Shown: positions 9,401-17,134 of the stretch, in pieces | How the letters are laid out: every line of letters starts with the position of its first letter | Position numbering within the stretch: position 1 is the stretch's first letter | NCBI GenBank assembly: GCA_040373935.1 | Contig: JBEIVK010000001.1 | Location: forward strand, 1 to 28,535 | Source of the DNA: Alphaproteobacteria bacterium | Lineage (GTDB): Bacteria; Myxococcota_A; UBA796; UBA2385 | Direction: 5' to 3' | DNA: 28,535 nt | Program-made: the position numbers and the translations under genes | Notes under the pieces: generated by a model | What the model was told of the DNA's origin: nothing | Database searches by the model: none | Seen by the model: the letters and a program-made list of their open reading frames with translations, nothing else

Positions 9401-9938
9401 GGCCGCAACCCTGGGGGCAGACCGCCTTCAGGTCGCGTGTGATCACAACCTCGGAGAGGTTGCGCGGTACCGCGGCGATGTCGGCGCAGCGTCGCTGGCG
9501 TACGCGCGGGCCGCCGAGCGCTCCGAGAGCCGCGGCTGGGGACAGCTCTCCGGGGTGGCCCGGCTGCACCTCGCGTTGCTCGCGCTGCGGCGTGGGGACG
9601 CTCCGTTGGTCGCACGCGAGACGGCAGGCGCCGCCGCCCAGCTGCCCGCGGCCCATTGGGCCTGGGGCCCTCTTCAGCTGTTGCGGGCCCTGGCCCTCGC
9701 CGAAGCCGGGGATCAGGCGGCTTGCGGGCAGGCCTTCGTCGCGGCTCGGGCTGCGGGCGTGGGAGAGAGCCCGAACGCGGACCTCTGGTTGCCCCTGGAG
9801 CGCCTGTCGGCCACCTGCGCACGCGCGGGCTGGCGCGACCTCGCCCGGGAGGCGACGCAGCTCGCCGACGCTTGCGGTGGGCGCCCGGGCACAGAGGTGG
9901 GAATCGACGTCGAGGACGACGAGGCACCGAGCGTATAG
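6462..9938 (+). CDS. Ser/Thr protein kinase fused to AAA/STAND-like ATPase and C-terminal TPR-like helical repeats
   Basis: GEGATG, VALK, HQDLKPEN, DLG, GTPDWMAPE and DLYAVG kinase motifs; Walker A GPAGSGKS; Walker B LVLEDAH; Ala/Leu-rich helical C-terminus. Start may be ATG 6492. Confidence 0.9.
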   Translation: MQPPAGVEPWMNLRLVGEGATGTVWAAWDPTRECPVALKIARDSLARLPRFRARFAREIALTAAVPHPRIVPVLDRGTLAGGQPFAALAFAAHGSLGDLLRRGARLSVALRVMDHVLEALGALHARGLLHQDLKPENVLLHGNPAVPDAWVADLGVAGALSELAMDRRGIAGTPDWMAPEQLRGRAQELGPWTDLYAVGLLLAEILGVRRAGGPRGPAAAAHALPAALRELVDVLLCVEPRGRFDRAADARRALAAAAEGLDPTLSTDPLGDASLLGRTTTHPEWWVEAPVGYGGASAAGVPVWHRVPPGPISREPTPSPRSEPALRPAPSLFALRDPPLVGRDTERQRLWRRARYVVAAGEPQVVLVVGPAGSGKSRLVEGTARALDEGGHMEPVVLRYSDPAEPDDGYRGAVLELLSAWSDTRTEAEARLAGWLARDRQVEVPAVSAEAAVLARWCGYARADEPPANAAVGLAWLYRHLDARGWRGGACLVLEDAHNARAEGDGLAIAAALLERSVGTRPVLLVATLSVEALAQDASLAARVAELEARGAVRMDLPPLDAATLGAGLVDGLGLEAALARQVAEASGGSVTWLTTLLRDWAARDLLVPLGGGRCALVPNVSLEDELEPDLDRLIERRVFAAISTTDDPAAAEEALVVTALAGTEPPVGVVRAVADEGLEALLATGLVRQRGHRLVFEHSGVRRAALARAGGTATPLHRRLGAAWEALGRQTGADVDLPLGRHLLDGAQADRALVPLLRAARRLLVQGRAGLAFDASRLGLLAAEQADVASARVEAWQLVAESLLELERPADAQAAVDAALALDRLDRLSRARLWVVGARVAVQRGATDDARRQLDRARQVFDATSDTPGLMEIAHGEAVLDRIEGRPAAAADHYGRMLSLAAPTDLRALVTALVGRVETRLAAGVAAGVEADVARLREIAARSGDTRLIAQATWAAGLVHLGRRRLELAERFFSTARALAATLGADRLQVACDHNLGEVARYRGDVGAASLAYARAAERSESRGWGQLSGVARLHLALLALRRGDAPLVARETAGAAAQLPAAHWAWGPLQLLRALALAEAGDQAACGQAFVAARAAGVGESPNADLWLPLERLSATCARAGWRDLAREATQLADACGGRPGTEVGIDVEDDEAPSV

Positions 9939-9950
9939 TTGGAGTTGCGG

Positions 9951-10526
9951 ATGCGGACCTGGATCCAGATGATCGCTGTGGGTGGGGTGCTCGGAGGCTG
10001 TGTTCGCCCCCTCGAAACCCCGCCGCCTGGGGGGCAGACCGGCCCCGGCCCCGCGGGGGGCCTCTCCGCGGGGCCCGACGCCCCGTCCGCTGGGCCCGGG
10101 GCACCGCCCGCTGGACCGCCGCCCGACGAGCCGGCGGACGCTGCGCTCGACCCGCTGCACCCGCAGGACACGCTGCGAGATGGCCCGTCGGTGGAAGGAG
10201 TGGTGCATTGTGCGGATTGCAGCGGCACCATCCTGCTGCGGGTCCTGCCGCCTCCCCCGGACCAGGGCGGGGGTGAGCTCGTGCTCGTGACCACCGCGAC
10301 CATCGCGGCTCCGGGGGCGTTCCGGGTGAAGCTGCCGCCGGGCCTGGGGCCCGTGGTGGTGCAGGCGGTCGAGGATTCCGACGGCAACGGGCGCCCGGAT
10401 CGTGGCGAGCGGATTGGCTTCTCCGCCGGAGGGCCCGTCGACGGTGGCGCCGGCGCGCGGGGCCTGGAGATTCGCATCGACGCAGGGGACGCCCCGCCAC
10501 CGGCGCCACCCGCGGGCGCGCGCTGA
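9951..10526 (+). CDS. Hypothetical lipoprotein with Pro/Gly-rich linker and beta-rich C-terminal domain
   Basis: GGAG at 9941-9944 before ATG 9951; lipobox VLGG-C; C-terminal DSDGNGRPD acidic loop. Confidence 0.7.
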   Translation: MRTWIQMIAVGGVLGGCVRPLETPPPGGQTGPGPAGGLSAGPDAPSAGPGAPPAGPPPDEPADAALDPLHPQDTLRDGPSVEGVVHCADCSGTILLRVLPPPPDQGGGELVLVTTATIAAPGAFRVKLPPGLGPVVVQAVEDSDGNGRPDRGERIGFSAGGPVDGGAGARGLEIRIDAGDAPPPAPPAGAR

Positions 10527-10537
10527 GCCGCGCCGGC

Positions 10538-12145
10538 TCATGCCGGCCCCCCGAGCGCGCGCCAGGCGGCTTGCCGGGCCTCTGCGCCCTGCAGGCGGAT
10601 CTCGACCGTCTGCCCGGCGGTCGCCGCGGCGGTACCGGTGACGGGCAGGAGCGCCCCGCCATCGACCGTGCCGCCGATGCCGGCGCGGGCGGTCCCGGTC
10701 GCGACCACGGACTCGAGGCCACCATTCGGCGCGAGGCTGGCGGCGCGCTCCAAGGTGGCCTCAAGGCCGGCGGCCCAGTCCGGCAAGGGCGCGCCGAGGG
10801 CGTGCGCGGCGAGCGCGCGGGCGGCGGAAGGGGCGTCGGGTGCTTGGCGAACCGCGCTGGTGGCGGCGCCTGGGGCTGCGAGGGTGACCGCGGTGCGGGC
10901 CTCCAGCAGACCGCTCGTGACCCCCGGCTGTAGGCCGGCAGCCCGCGCGAGGGCGGCCCAGCCGGGACCAACGGGGAGCGGGTCGGGCGCCGGGGCCTCG
11001 AGGTCGCAGCGGACCGCGGCGTTGGGCGCGGCCGAGCCGCGCAGGCCAGCCGCGAACGCCGAGAGGGAGGGGTACTCCCAGCAGTCTGTCCCGGCGGCCA
11101 GCGCGACGCTGCCGTCGTCCAATCCGACGGTGCATTCCACTGCGCCTTCGGCGTCCCAGCCAACGTCCAGCTCGTCGGCCGTGGGCATCCCGAGGACGGC
11201 CGCCGGGCCTTCGAGCGCGTCGGGAATGAATGGCAGATCCTCCCAGCGCGCCTGGAGCACCGCCGACAGCGCGCCGGACAGCGTGACGGAGTTGCCTGCC
11301 GGGCCCGCCTCCCACCGAGCGGCCACGCCGGCTTCGGCCCCCCAGGAAACCGCGTCGGGGAGCAGCTCGCGCAGCGCCCGACCGAGCCAGCCCGGGTCAT
11401 CCTCGCCGGCCTCGTCCAGCGCGTCCGCCCCGGCGCGGTCGAGCACCTGGGTGGCCGACGCGCTCGCCGATTGGGTGACCGCGACCTGATGCGACCAAGC
11501 GCCGGGCAAGGCGGCGGCCAGCGCTGGCCCGAGGACCGCCGTTGCGCCTGGCCCGGCGAGCGCCACCACCGGGACTCCGCTCGCGAGAAGGGGCAGGAGC
11601 CCCTCCGGGCTGATTGGCGCGTCGAGCTGCTCCATGGTGTCGACCGTGAACGCCGCCCCCGCCGAGATGAGCTGCCCGGCGATGGGCCGTCCGTGGGCGT
11701 CCGTGCCCAGGAGCCCTTCGGCGACGCCGGCGCTGAGGCCGATGCTCCCCTCGATGCGGAGGGAGAGGTGGTCGGCCGTGGGCCGAGCCAGCGTGGCTGC
11801 CGCCTGCTCGGACACGGCGAGCTCGACGCCGAGCCCGCGGGCCACCCGGACTGCGACCGCGCTGCCCGGAGGCAAAGCGGCGTCGAGCAGGGCGCCCAGG
11901 GTGTCGTTGGACAGCGCGGTGGCCTCCGCTGGCGCAAGACCCGCGACTGGCGCGCGCAACGCCGGGTCGGCGGGCGCCCTCAGCCACGCCTGGACGTGCG
12001 CGTCCGGGCTGGCGACGGCGGGGATCGCGGCGGCGGCAGCGGCGTTGCCGCGCGGCGCGGAGGACCGGCTGCGTGCGGTGACGGACTGCGCTTGGGAGGA
12101 GGTGGGGGTGGATGGAGACGGGGAGTTCTGGCAGAACGAGGACAT
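10538..12145 (-). CDS. Hypothetical protein (535 aa), no recognised family
   Basis: ATG start; Ala/Leu/Gly/Asp/Glu-rich translation unlike the Arg/Pro-rich shadow frames; fills the gap between flanking genes. Confidence 0.75.
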   Translation of the reverse strand: MSSFCQNSPSPSTPTSSQAQSVTARSRSSAPRGNAAAAAAIPAVASPDAHVQAWLRAPADPALRAPVAGLAPAEATALSNDTLGALLDAALPPGSAVAVRVARGLGVELAVSEQAAATLARPTADHLSLRIEGSIGLSAGVAEGLLGTDAHGRPIAGQLISAGAAFTVDTMEQLDAPISPEGLLPLLASGVPVVALAGPGATAVLGPALAAALPGAWSHQVAVTQSASASATQVLDRAGADALDEAGEDDPGWLGRALRELLPDAVSWGAEAGVAARWEAGPAGNSVTLSGALSAVLQARWEDLPFIPDALEGPAAVLGMPTADELDVGWDAEGAVECTVGLDDGSVALAAGTDCWEYPSLSAFAAGLRGSAAPNAAVRCDLEAPAPDPLPVGPGWAALARAAGLQPGVTSGLLEARTAVTLAAPGAATSAVRQAPDAPSAARALAAHALGAPLPDWAAGLEATLERAASLAPNGGLESVVATGTARAGIGGTVDGGALLPVTGTAAATAGQTVEIRLQGAEARQAAWRALGGPA

Positions 12146-12216
12146 GGGTGCTCCGGTCCAAACGCCGCATGCATGGTTCGGGCCCCAGCGAGTTCAGCCA
12201 CTTACGGGCGAGCATC

Positions 12217-12257
12217 TGTCCGACACTGTCCGGGTTTTCGGACAGGTGTCCGGACAC
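12217..12257. promoter_or_regulatory. Inverted-repeat array of TGTCCG/CGGACA half-sites in a divergent intergenic region
   Basis: TGTCCG at 12217 and 12227; CGGACA at 12239 and 12251; perfect palindrome GTGTCCGGACAC at 12246-12257. Confidence 0.5.
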
Positions 12258-12293
12258 GGGCAACAAGGCGGGCCGCACCGCCGTACCGGCGAC

Positions 12294-12797
12294 ATGGTTC
12301 CCCCGTGTCCGCGTTGTTCCTCTGAATCGGCGTGTGCTTGCGCGGCGCGGTCCTCGACGCCGACCACCAGCCACCGCGTCCTTCGGGTGCTCGGCAGCGC
12401 GCCGGAGCTGGGCCTGCTGTTGGCCGCGGAGATGGCTTTCGTCCTTGTTCCGCCGTTGGGGATGCTCACGGGGCTGGCGGGGGCGGCGTTCTACGCGCTG
12501 CGAGATCGCCACGGCGGCCGGTACAGCCCGGGCAAGCGCCTCGCGGGCTTCACCGTGGTGGACGCCAACACCGGCGCGCCGCCAACCCCCCGCCAAGCGG
12601 CGCTACGAAACGCCCCGAGCGTCGCCGGCTTCGCGCTCGCCATCGTCCCGGGGCTGGAGCTCACGGGGTGGGCGCTGCTGCTGGTGAGCGCCTGCGTCGA
12701 CGTCGCATTGATCCTCGCCGGCCCCGATGCTCGTCGGATTGGAGATTTGCTCGCGGGGACCTGCGTTGTCCAGCGGCCGATCCGCAGTCTGCGCTGA
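12294..12797 (+). CDS. RDD family membrane protein
   Basis: SPGKRLAGFTVVD, RQAALRN and RRIGDLLAGTCVV motifs with hydrophobic helices. Start at ATG 12294 is uncertain. Confidence 0.8.
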   Translation: MVPPCPRCSSESACACAARSSTPTTSHRVLRVLGSAPELGLLLAAEMAFVLVPPLGMLTGLAGAAFYALRDRHGGRYSPGKRLAGFTVVDANTGAPPTPRQAALRNAPSVAGFALAIVPGLELTGWALLLVSACVDVALILAGPDARRIGDLLAGTCVVQRPIRSLR

Positions 12798-12877
12798 AGT
12801 CGCTCGCATACGTGTTCGTCCGGTATCATGTCGACGCGGGGCCGATCCGTCTCCTGGAACACCACCGAGGAGCCCAA

Positions 12878-13063
12878 ATGTCGACCGCCAACCTCCGCGA
12901 TCTGTTCCAGCCCGAGCCCCTGATTCTCGCCAGCGCGATGGCTTCGATGGGCAGCCTCGGCCTCCTGGTGGTCGGCGTCTTCTCCGTGCCCGCCGCGACG
13001 GCCATCCTCGCGGTGTCTGCCGCGGTGGTCGTCGCCGTGACCGCGCGCATCGACGTGCAGTAG
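12878..13063 (+). CDS. Small membrane protein (61 aa)
   Basis: GAGGAG RBS at 12867-12872 before ATG 12878; about two hydrophobic helices. Confidence 0.65.
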   Translation: MSTANLRDLFQPEPLILASAMASMGSLGLLVVGVFSVPAATAILAVSAAVVVAVTARIDVQ

Positions 13064-13067
13064 GCCG

Positions 13068-15446
13068 CTACATCTCGGGGGGGAGCGAGCCGTCCCCGCC
13101 CGCACCGGGGGCGGCCGTCTCCGCTTCCTTCTCAGCGGCAACGCGGGCCCGGCGTTCCCAGAGGTTCTCCCGGCCATCCCCGCCCGGGGCTCCCTCCTCC
13201 GGTGGCGGTGGCGGCGGGTGGTCCATCGAGCAGCCACCCTTCGGCCCATCCCCGGGCAAGAAGGGCGCACCGATGCCCCGGCAGGTGGCGTTCGGGACCT
13301 TTCCCGTAACCGTACAGATGCCCTTGCGGACTGTCTTTTCGCCGGGAAGCTCCACCACGGGCAGGCCCATATGGACGGCGCGCATCCACCAACCCCAGAG
13401 CGGGGCCGCGAGGTCGCTCGCGGATGCGCCGATGCGCTTTGGCTCGTCGTAGCCGAGCCAGAGCGCCCCCGCGTAGTGGGCCGTCCCCCCGACGAACCAG
13501 AGGTCCTTCTCGCTGTCGGTCGTGCCGGTCTTGCCGACGACGGGGCCGCTGTAGCCCGGGTGGCCGCCTCCCCCGCGCGCCGCGCCGCCCGTGCCGACCT
13601 CGACCACGAGGCGCATCAGGTCGCGCGTGAGCGCGGCGGCTTCGCGGCTGATGACGCGCTCGCCGGACCCCTGCGGAGAGACCCGTACCTGACCAGCGGC
13701 GTCCACCGCCTGCACGACGGGACGGCCGTCCACAAGCGTGCCACCAGCCAGGACCGTGCCCACGAATCGGCCCATTTCGAGCGGCGTCACCTCGCCCTGG
13801 CCGAGCGCGAGGCCCATCTCTGCGGGCCACAGCGCGGTGTCGAATCCGAAGCGCTGCGCGAACGTGATGAAAGCGGGCGGGCCCCCAACCTTCTCCAGAA
13901 GCGACGCCGTGGCCACGTTTTGGCTCCATGCGAGCCCCTGGGCGAGGGCGCTCGTGACGCTGTAGTCCCCGCTGATGTTGCGCGGCCGCCAACCGTTCGT
14001 CCCTGGGAAGGTCCGCGGCTCGTTGGGGACCGTGTCCGATGCCTTCCACGCGGGCTTTCCGTCTGACCCAGCCTGGGAGAACGCGAGCGCATACACCATC
14101 GGCTTGATCGAGCTGCCGGATTGGCGTTTTGCCTGGGTGGCCCGTGAAAAGTCGGTGGGCAGGACCTGCGATCCGCCGTAGCTCGCCACGAGATAGCCGG
14201 TCGAAGGCTCGATGAGCACCGTCGCGGTCTGCAAGGGCTCCTTGCCGTTTCGCCCGACGACCTTCTCCAGATAGGCGACGCGCTCGGGCAGCAGGCGCTC
14301 GGTCTCGGTCTGCGCCACGAGGTCCATCGCCGTGTGGACCTCGAGCCCCGCGCCGTACAGCACCGCCGGCCCGACCGATTGCTCCAGCCACGCGCGGGTC
14401 GCTTGGAGGTACGCAGGGTGCACCGGCTCCGGCAGGTGGTGCGGCGAGGCGACCACCGGCTCCGCGAGCGCCGCCTCCACCGCCGCGGCGTCCCATCCGC
14501 GGGCTTGCATGGCGCGAAGCGTGCGGTCTCGCCGGGCTTTCGCCTCTTCTGGCGCGCGGTCCGGCGCGAAGCGGGCAGGGGCGGGCAGGATGCTCGCCAG
14601 CGTCGCGGCTTCGCCCAAGCTGAGGCTCCGGGCATCCTTGCCGTAATAGTAGAAGGCGGCGGCCTGGAAACCGCAGATGGAGAAGCTGCCGTCCTGGCCG
14701 AGGTACGGGGCGTCCAGGTACATCTGGAGCACGCCGTCCTTGCCGAGGTGGCTGTCGAGGGCGACCGCCGCCATCATCTCCTGCAGCTTTCGTTGGAGCG
14801 TTTTGTCTTTGCGTTGGCTCAGGTTGCGGACGACCTGCATCGTGATCGTCGAGGCGCCCTGCTTCATGCCCTTGCCGCTGAGGTTGACCCAGGCCGCGCG
14901 CGCGACCCCGCGGAGGTTCACGCCGCGGTGGCTCTCGTAGTCCTGGTCTTCGGCGGCGAGCAAGGCCGCGATGAGGTGCGGTGGTGCCTCGGCGAGCGGG
15001 AGATGGACGCGGATCTCCGCGTCCGGACCCACCAGCCAGCCCAGAAGAACCGGCTCGAAGTCGAGCGGCCCCGCCCCGGCAGCGCCGCTCGCCTCCAGGC
15101 GTCCCGCCGGAACGACCCCGCCGCGCACCTTGACGTCGCCCGTCTTGGCGCAGAACGACCCGGGCTCGGTGGGCGGGCAGGCCTCGGTGTAGCCGCGGGC
15201 CTTCGCATGCGCGAGGCGGCGCTCCTTCGGGAGCTCCACCGAGGCCGGAGCCGACCAGATGCGGGCCGGAAAGCTCCACCCGGGGTGCGCGACGGCGTGG
15301 GTCCGATGGGCCTCCGCCAGCGCGATGGTCGCGTCGCGCTCTGCCACCCACCGCGGCCAGACAGCCACGCCGAGCGTGACCGCGAAGGCCAGCCCGAAGA
15401 AGAACAATCCGCGCAGAAAGAGCGGAATCCGCCAGCGACGCGCCAC
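13068..15446 (-). CDS. Class A bifunctional penicillin-binding protein (PBP1B-like transglycosylase/transpeptidase)
   Basis: N-terminal TM helix; glycosyltransferase motifs AEDQDYESHRG, GASTITMQVVRN and RKLQEM; transpeptidase motifs SSIK, SQN and KTG. Confidence 0.93.
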   Translation of the reverse strand: MARRWRIPLFLRGLFFFGLAFAVTLGVAVWPRWVAERDATIALAEAHRTHAVAHPGWSFPARIWSAPASVELPKERRLAHAKARGYTEACPPTEPGSFCAKTGDVKVRGGVVPAGRLEASGAAGAGPLDFEPVLLGWLVGPDAEIRVHLPLAEAPPHLIAALLAAEDQDYESHRGVNLRGVARAAWVNLSGKGMKQGASTITMQVVRNLSQRKDKTLQRKLQEMMAAVALDSHLGKDGVLQMYLDAPYLGQDGSFSICGFQAAAFYYYGKDARSLSLGEAATLASILPAPARFAPDRAPEEAKARRDRTLRAMQARGWDAAAVEAALAEPVVASPHHLPEPVHPAYLQATRAWLEQSVGPAVLYGAGLEVHTAMDLVAQTETERLLPERVAYLEKVVGRNGKEPLQTATVLIEPSTGYLVASYGGSQVLPTDFSRATQAKRQSGSSIKPMVYALAFSQAGSDGKPAWKASDTVPNEPRTFPGTNGWRPRNISGDYSVTSALAQGLAWSQNVATASLLEKVGGPPAFITFAQRFGFDTALWPAEMGLALGQGEVTPLEMGRFVGTVLAGGTLVDGRPVVQAVDAAGQVRVSPQGSGERVISREAAALTRDLMRLVVEVGTGGAARGGGGHPGYSGPVVGKTGTTDSEKDLWFVGGTAHYAGALWLGYDEPKRIGASASDLAAPLWGWWMRAVHMGLPVVELPGEKTVRKGICTVTGKVPNATCRGIGAPFLPGDGPKGGCSMDHPPPPPPEEGAPGGDGRENLWERRARVAAEKEAETAAPGAGGDGSLPPEM

Positions 15447-15914
15447 CTACTCGACCGGGTACCCGGCGCTGACCCAGGCCATCGTGCCGCCCTCGACGTT
15501 GACGGGCGACGCCAAGCCGCGCGCCCGCGCGATCTCCACCGCCCGTGCGCTGCGGCCGCCCACGGCGCAGATGAAGTAGACCGGCGCGGCCGGATCCGAT
15601 GTGACCTGCGAGAAGAGTGCTTCGAGCTGGTCGATGGGGATGTTGATCGCGCCGGGAACGTGGCCGGCGGCGTACTCCGCGGGTGCGCGCACGTCGATGA
15701 CCCGCGCGCCATCGGCGAGGCGGGCCTTCAGGCCGGCGACGTCGATGCGATCGGTGGCGGCGGCCGGCGCGCTGGGTGCTGCCGGGGGCGATGGGGTGGC
15801 TTCTTCGGCGGCCGCGATGGGGGCAGAACCCGCGTCCGCCGGCGGCGCAGCGGGTTCGGTGCCGGCGTTGCACGCGAGGAGCAGGGCGAGGGCCACGAAC
15901 GAGAGGCGGCGCAC
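15447..15914 (-). CDS. Rhodanese-domain lipoprotein
   Basis: Lipobox LLLA-C; Ala/Pro linker; IDVRAPAEYAAGHVPGAINIP; active-site loop CAVGGRS; NVEGGTMAW. Confidence 0.88.
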   Translation of the reverse strand: MRRLSFVALALLLACNAGTEPAAPPADAGSAPIAAAEEATPSPPAAPSAPAAATDRIDVAGLKARLADGARVIDVRAPAEYAAGHVPGAINIPIDQLEALFSQVTSDPAAPVYFICAVGGRSARAVEIARARGLASPVNVEGGTMAWVSAGYPVE

Positions 15915-16009
15915 GGTTGAGTCTCCGCACGGGGTCTAACGAGGCCCCGGCGGCTTGTCGGCCCCGCGTCGCTGGGTGCGGGTTAGCGCAGGGCGCCGGA
16001 GGGACACCC

Positions 16010-16375
16010 ATGGATCCACGCCCGCTGCACGACGCCCCCTCGGAGCGCGCGCTCGCCGCCATCAGCCGCTTCCACCCTGACACCATCCGCGAGGTCGCGT
16101 CGGCGGTCGCCCGGGACCCGGTGGTCGTCGTCGGGATGGCCCACAACCCCTTCGTGCGTCGCGCCCGAAAGGCGCTTGCGGAGGCCGGAGTGCCGTATAC
16201 GTACCTCGAGTACGGGAGCTACTTCAGCCAGTGGAAGCCCCGGCTCGCGGTCAAGATGTGGTCCGGCTGGCCCACGTTTCCGCAGGTGTTCGTCCGCGGC
16301 CGGCTGCTGGGCGGCGCGGTAGAGACGGCGGCGGCGTTGGCCGATGGCTCGCTCAAGGGCAGCATCGGCGGCTGA
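16010..16375 (+). CDS. Glutaredoxin-like protein lacking cysteine
   Basis: WPTFPQVFVRGRLLGG Grx signature; GMAHNPFV at the active-site position; GGAGG RBS at 15998-16002. Confidence 0.85.
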   Translation: MDPRPLHDAPSERALAAISRFHPDTIREVASAVARDPVVVVGMAHNPFVRRARKALAEAGVPYTYLEYGSYFSQWKPRLAVKMWSGWPTFPQVFVRGRLLGGAVETAAALADGSLKGSIGG

Positions 16376-16383
16376 GGCGGCGC

Positions 16384-17091
16384 TTACTCGTCGGCCGCGA
16401 AGCAGCGCGTGAGGTCCGCAGCGTCAACCGGGCGCCACGCCCCCGCGGTCAGGCCGTCGAGCCCGAGGCCGCCCATGTGGCTTCGGTGCAGCGCGTCGAC
16501 GTGGTTGCCGAGAGCGGCGAACATCCGCCGCACCTGGTGGTATCGCCCCTCGGTGAGCCACACCGCCGCGCGGTGGCTGCCCAACCGCTCCAGGCGCGCC
16601 GGCTTGCAGGGGGTCGTCTCGCCGTGGAGGAGCAGCGTGCCCGACGCGAAGACCGCGGCCTCCTCGCCGCTCAGGGGGCGTGCCAACACGGCCTCGTAGC
16701 GGCGTGGCACGTGCCGCTTCGGGTGGGTGAGGCGGTGGTTCAGCGTGCCGTCGTCGGTGAGCAGCAGCAGCCCGCTCGTGTCCTTGTCCAGCCGCCCCAC
16801 GGGGGACAGCGCGGGCTCTCGCGCTCCGAACCGCGGCGGGAGAAGGGCATAAATCGTCTCGCCCGGGTCCTGCGTGCTGCACACGTAGCCCACGGGCTTG
16901 TGCAGGAGCACGCTGAACGGGGGCGACGGGTCCACGGGGGCGCCGTCCACCGTCGCCCCTGGCCCCGGCACCCGGTCGCCGCGGCCGAGCACGGCCCCAT
17001 CGGCGGCGCGCAGCCGCCCGTCGTCCAAGAGGTCGAGCACGGCGCGGCGACTGCCGTAGCCGAGGTTGGCGAGCCACCGATCGATGCGCAT
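16384..17091 (-). CDS. RsuA-family rRNA pseudouridine synthase
   Basis: S4-like start MRIDRWLANLGYGSRR; HKPVGYVCS; catalytic GRLDKDTSGLLLLTDDG; LTEGRYHQVRRMF. Start corrected to ATG 17091. Confidence 0.93.
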   Translation of the reverse strand: MRIDRWLANLGYGSRRAVLDLLDDGRLRAADGAVLGRGDRVPGPGATVDGAPVDPSPPFSVLLHKPVGYVCSTQDPGETIYALLPPRFGAREPALSPVGRLDKDTSGLLLLTDDGTLNHRLTHPKRHVPRRYEAVLARPLSGEEAAVFASGTLLLHGETTPCKPARLERLGSHRAAVWLTEGRYHQVRRMFAALGNHVDALHRSHMGGLGLDGLTAGAWRPVDAADLTRCFAADE

Positions 17092-17134
17092 GTCTCCCCT
17101 TGACGGGTCTCGCTGCGGCGCGCAAGGGGACGGG

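Noticed and set aside
9307-11937. 876-aa minus-strand ORF
   Set aside because: Arg/Pro/Ala-rich alternative frame overlapping real genes.
13132-16146. 1004-aa plus-strand ORF (also 14334..15920)
   Set aside because: Antisense to the PBP and rhodanese genes; typical high-GC shadow composition.
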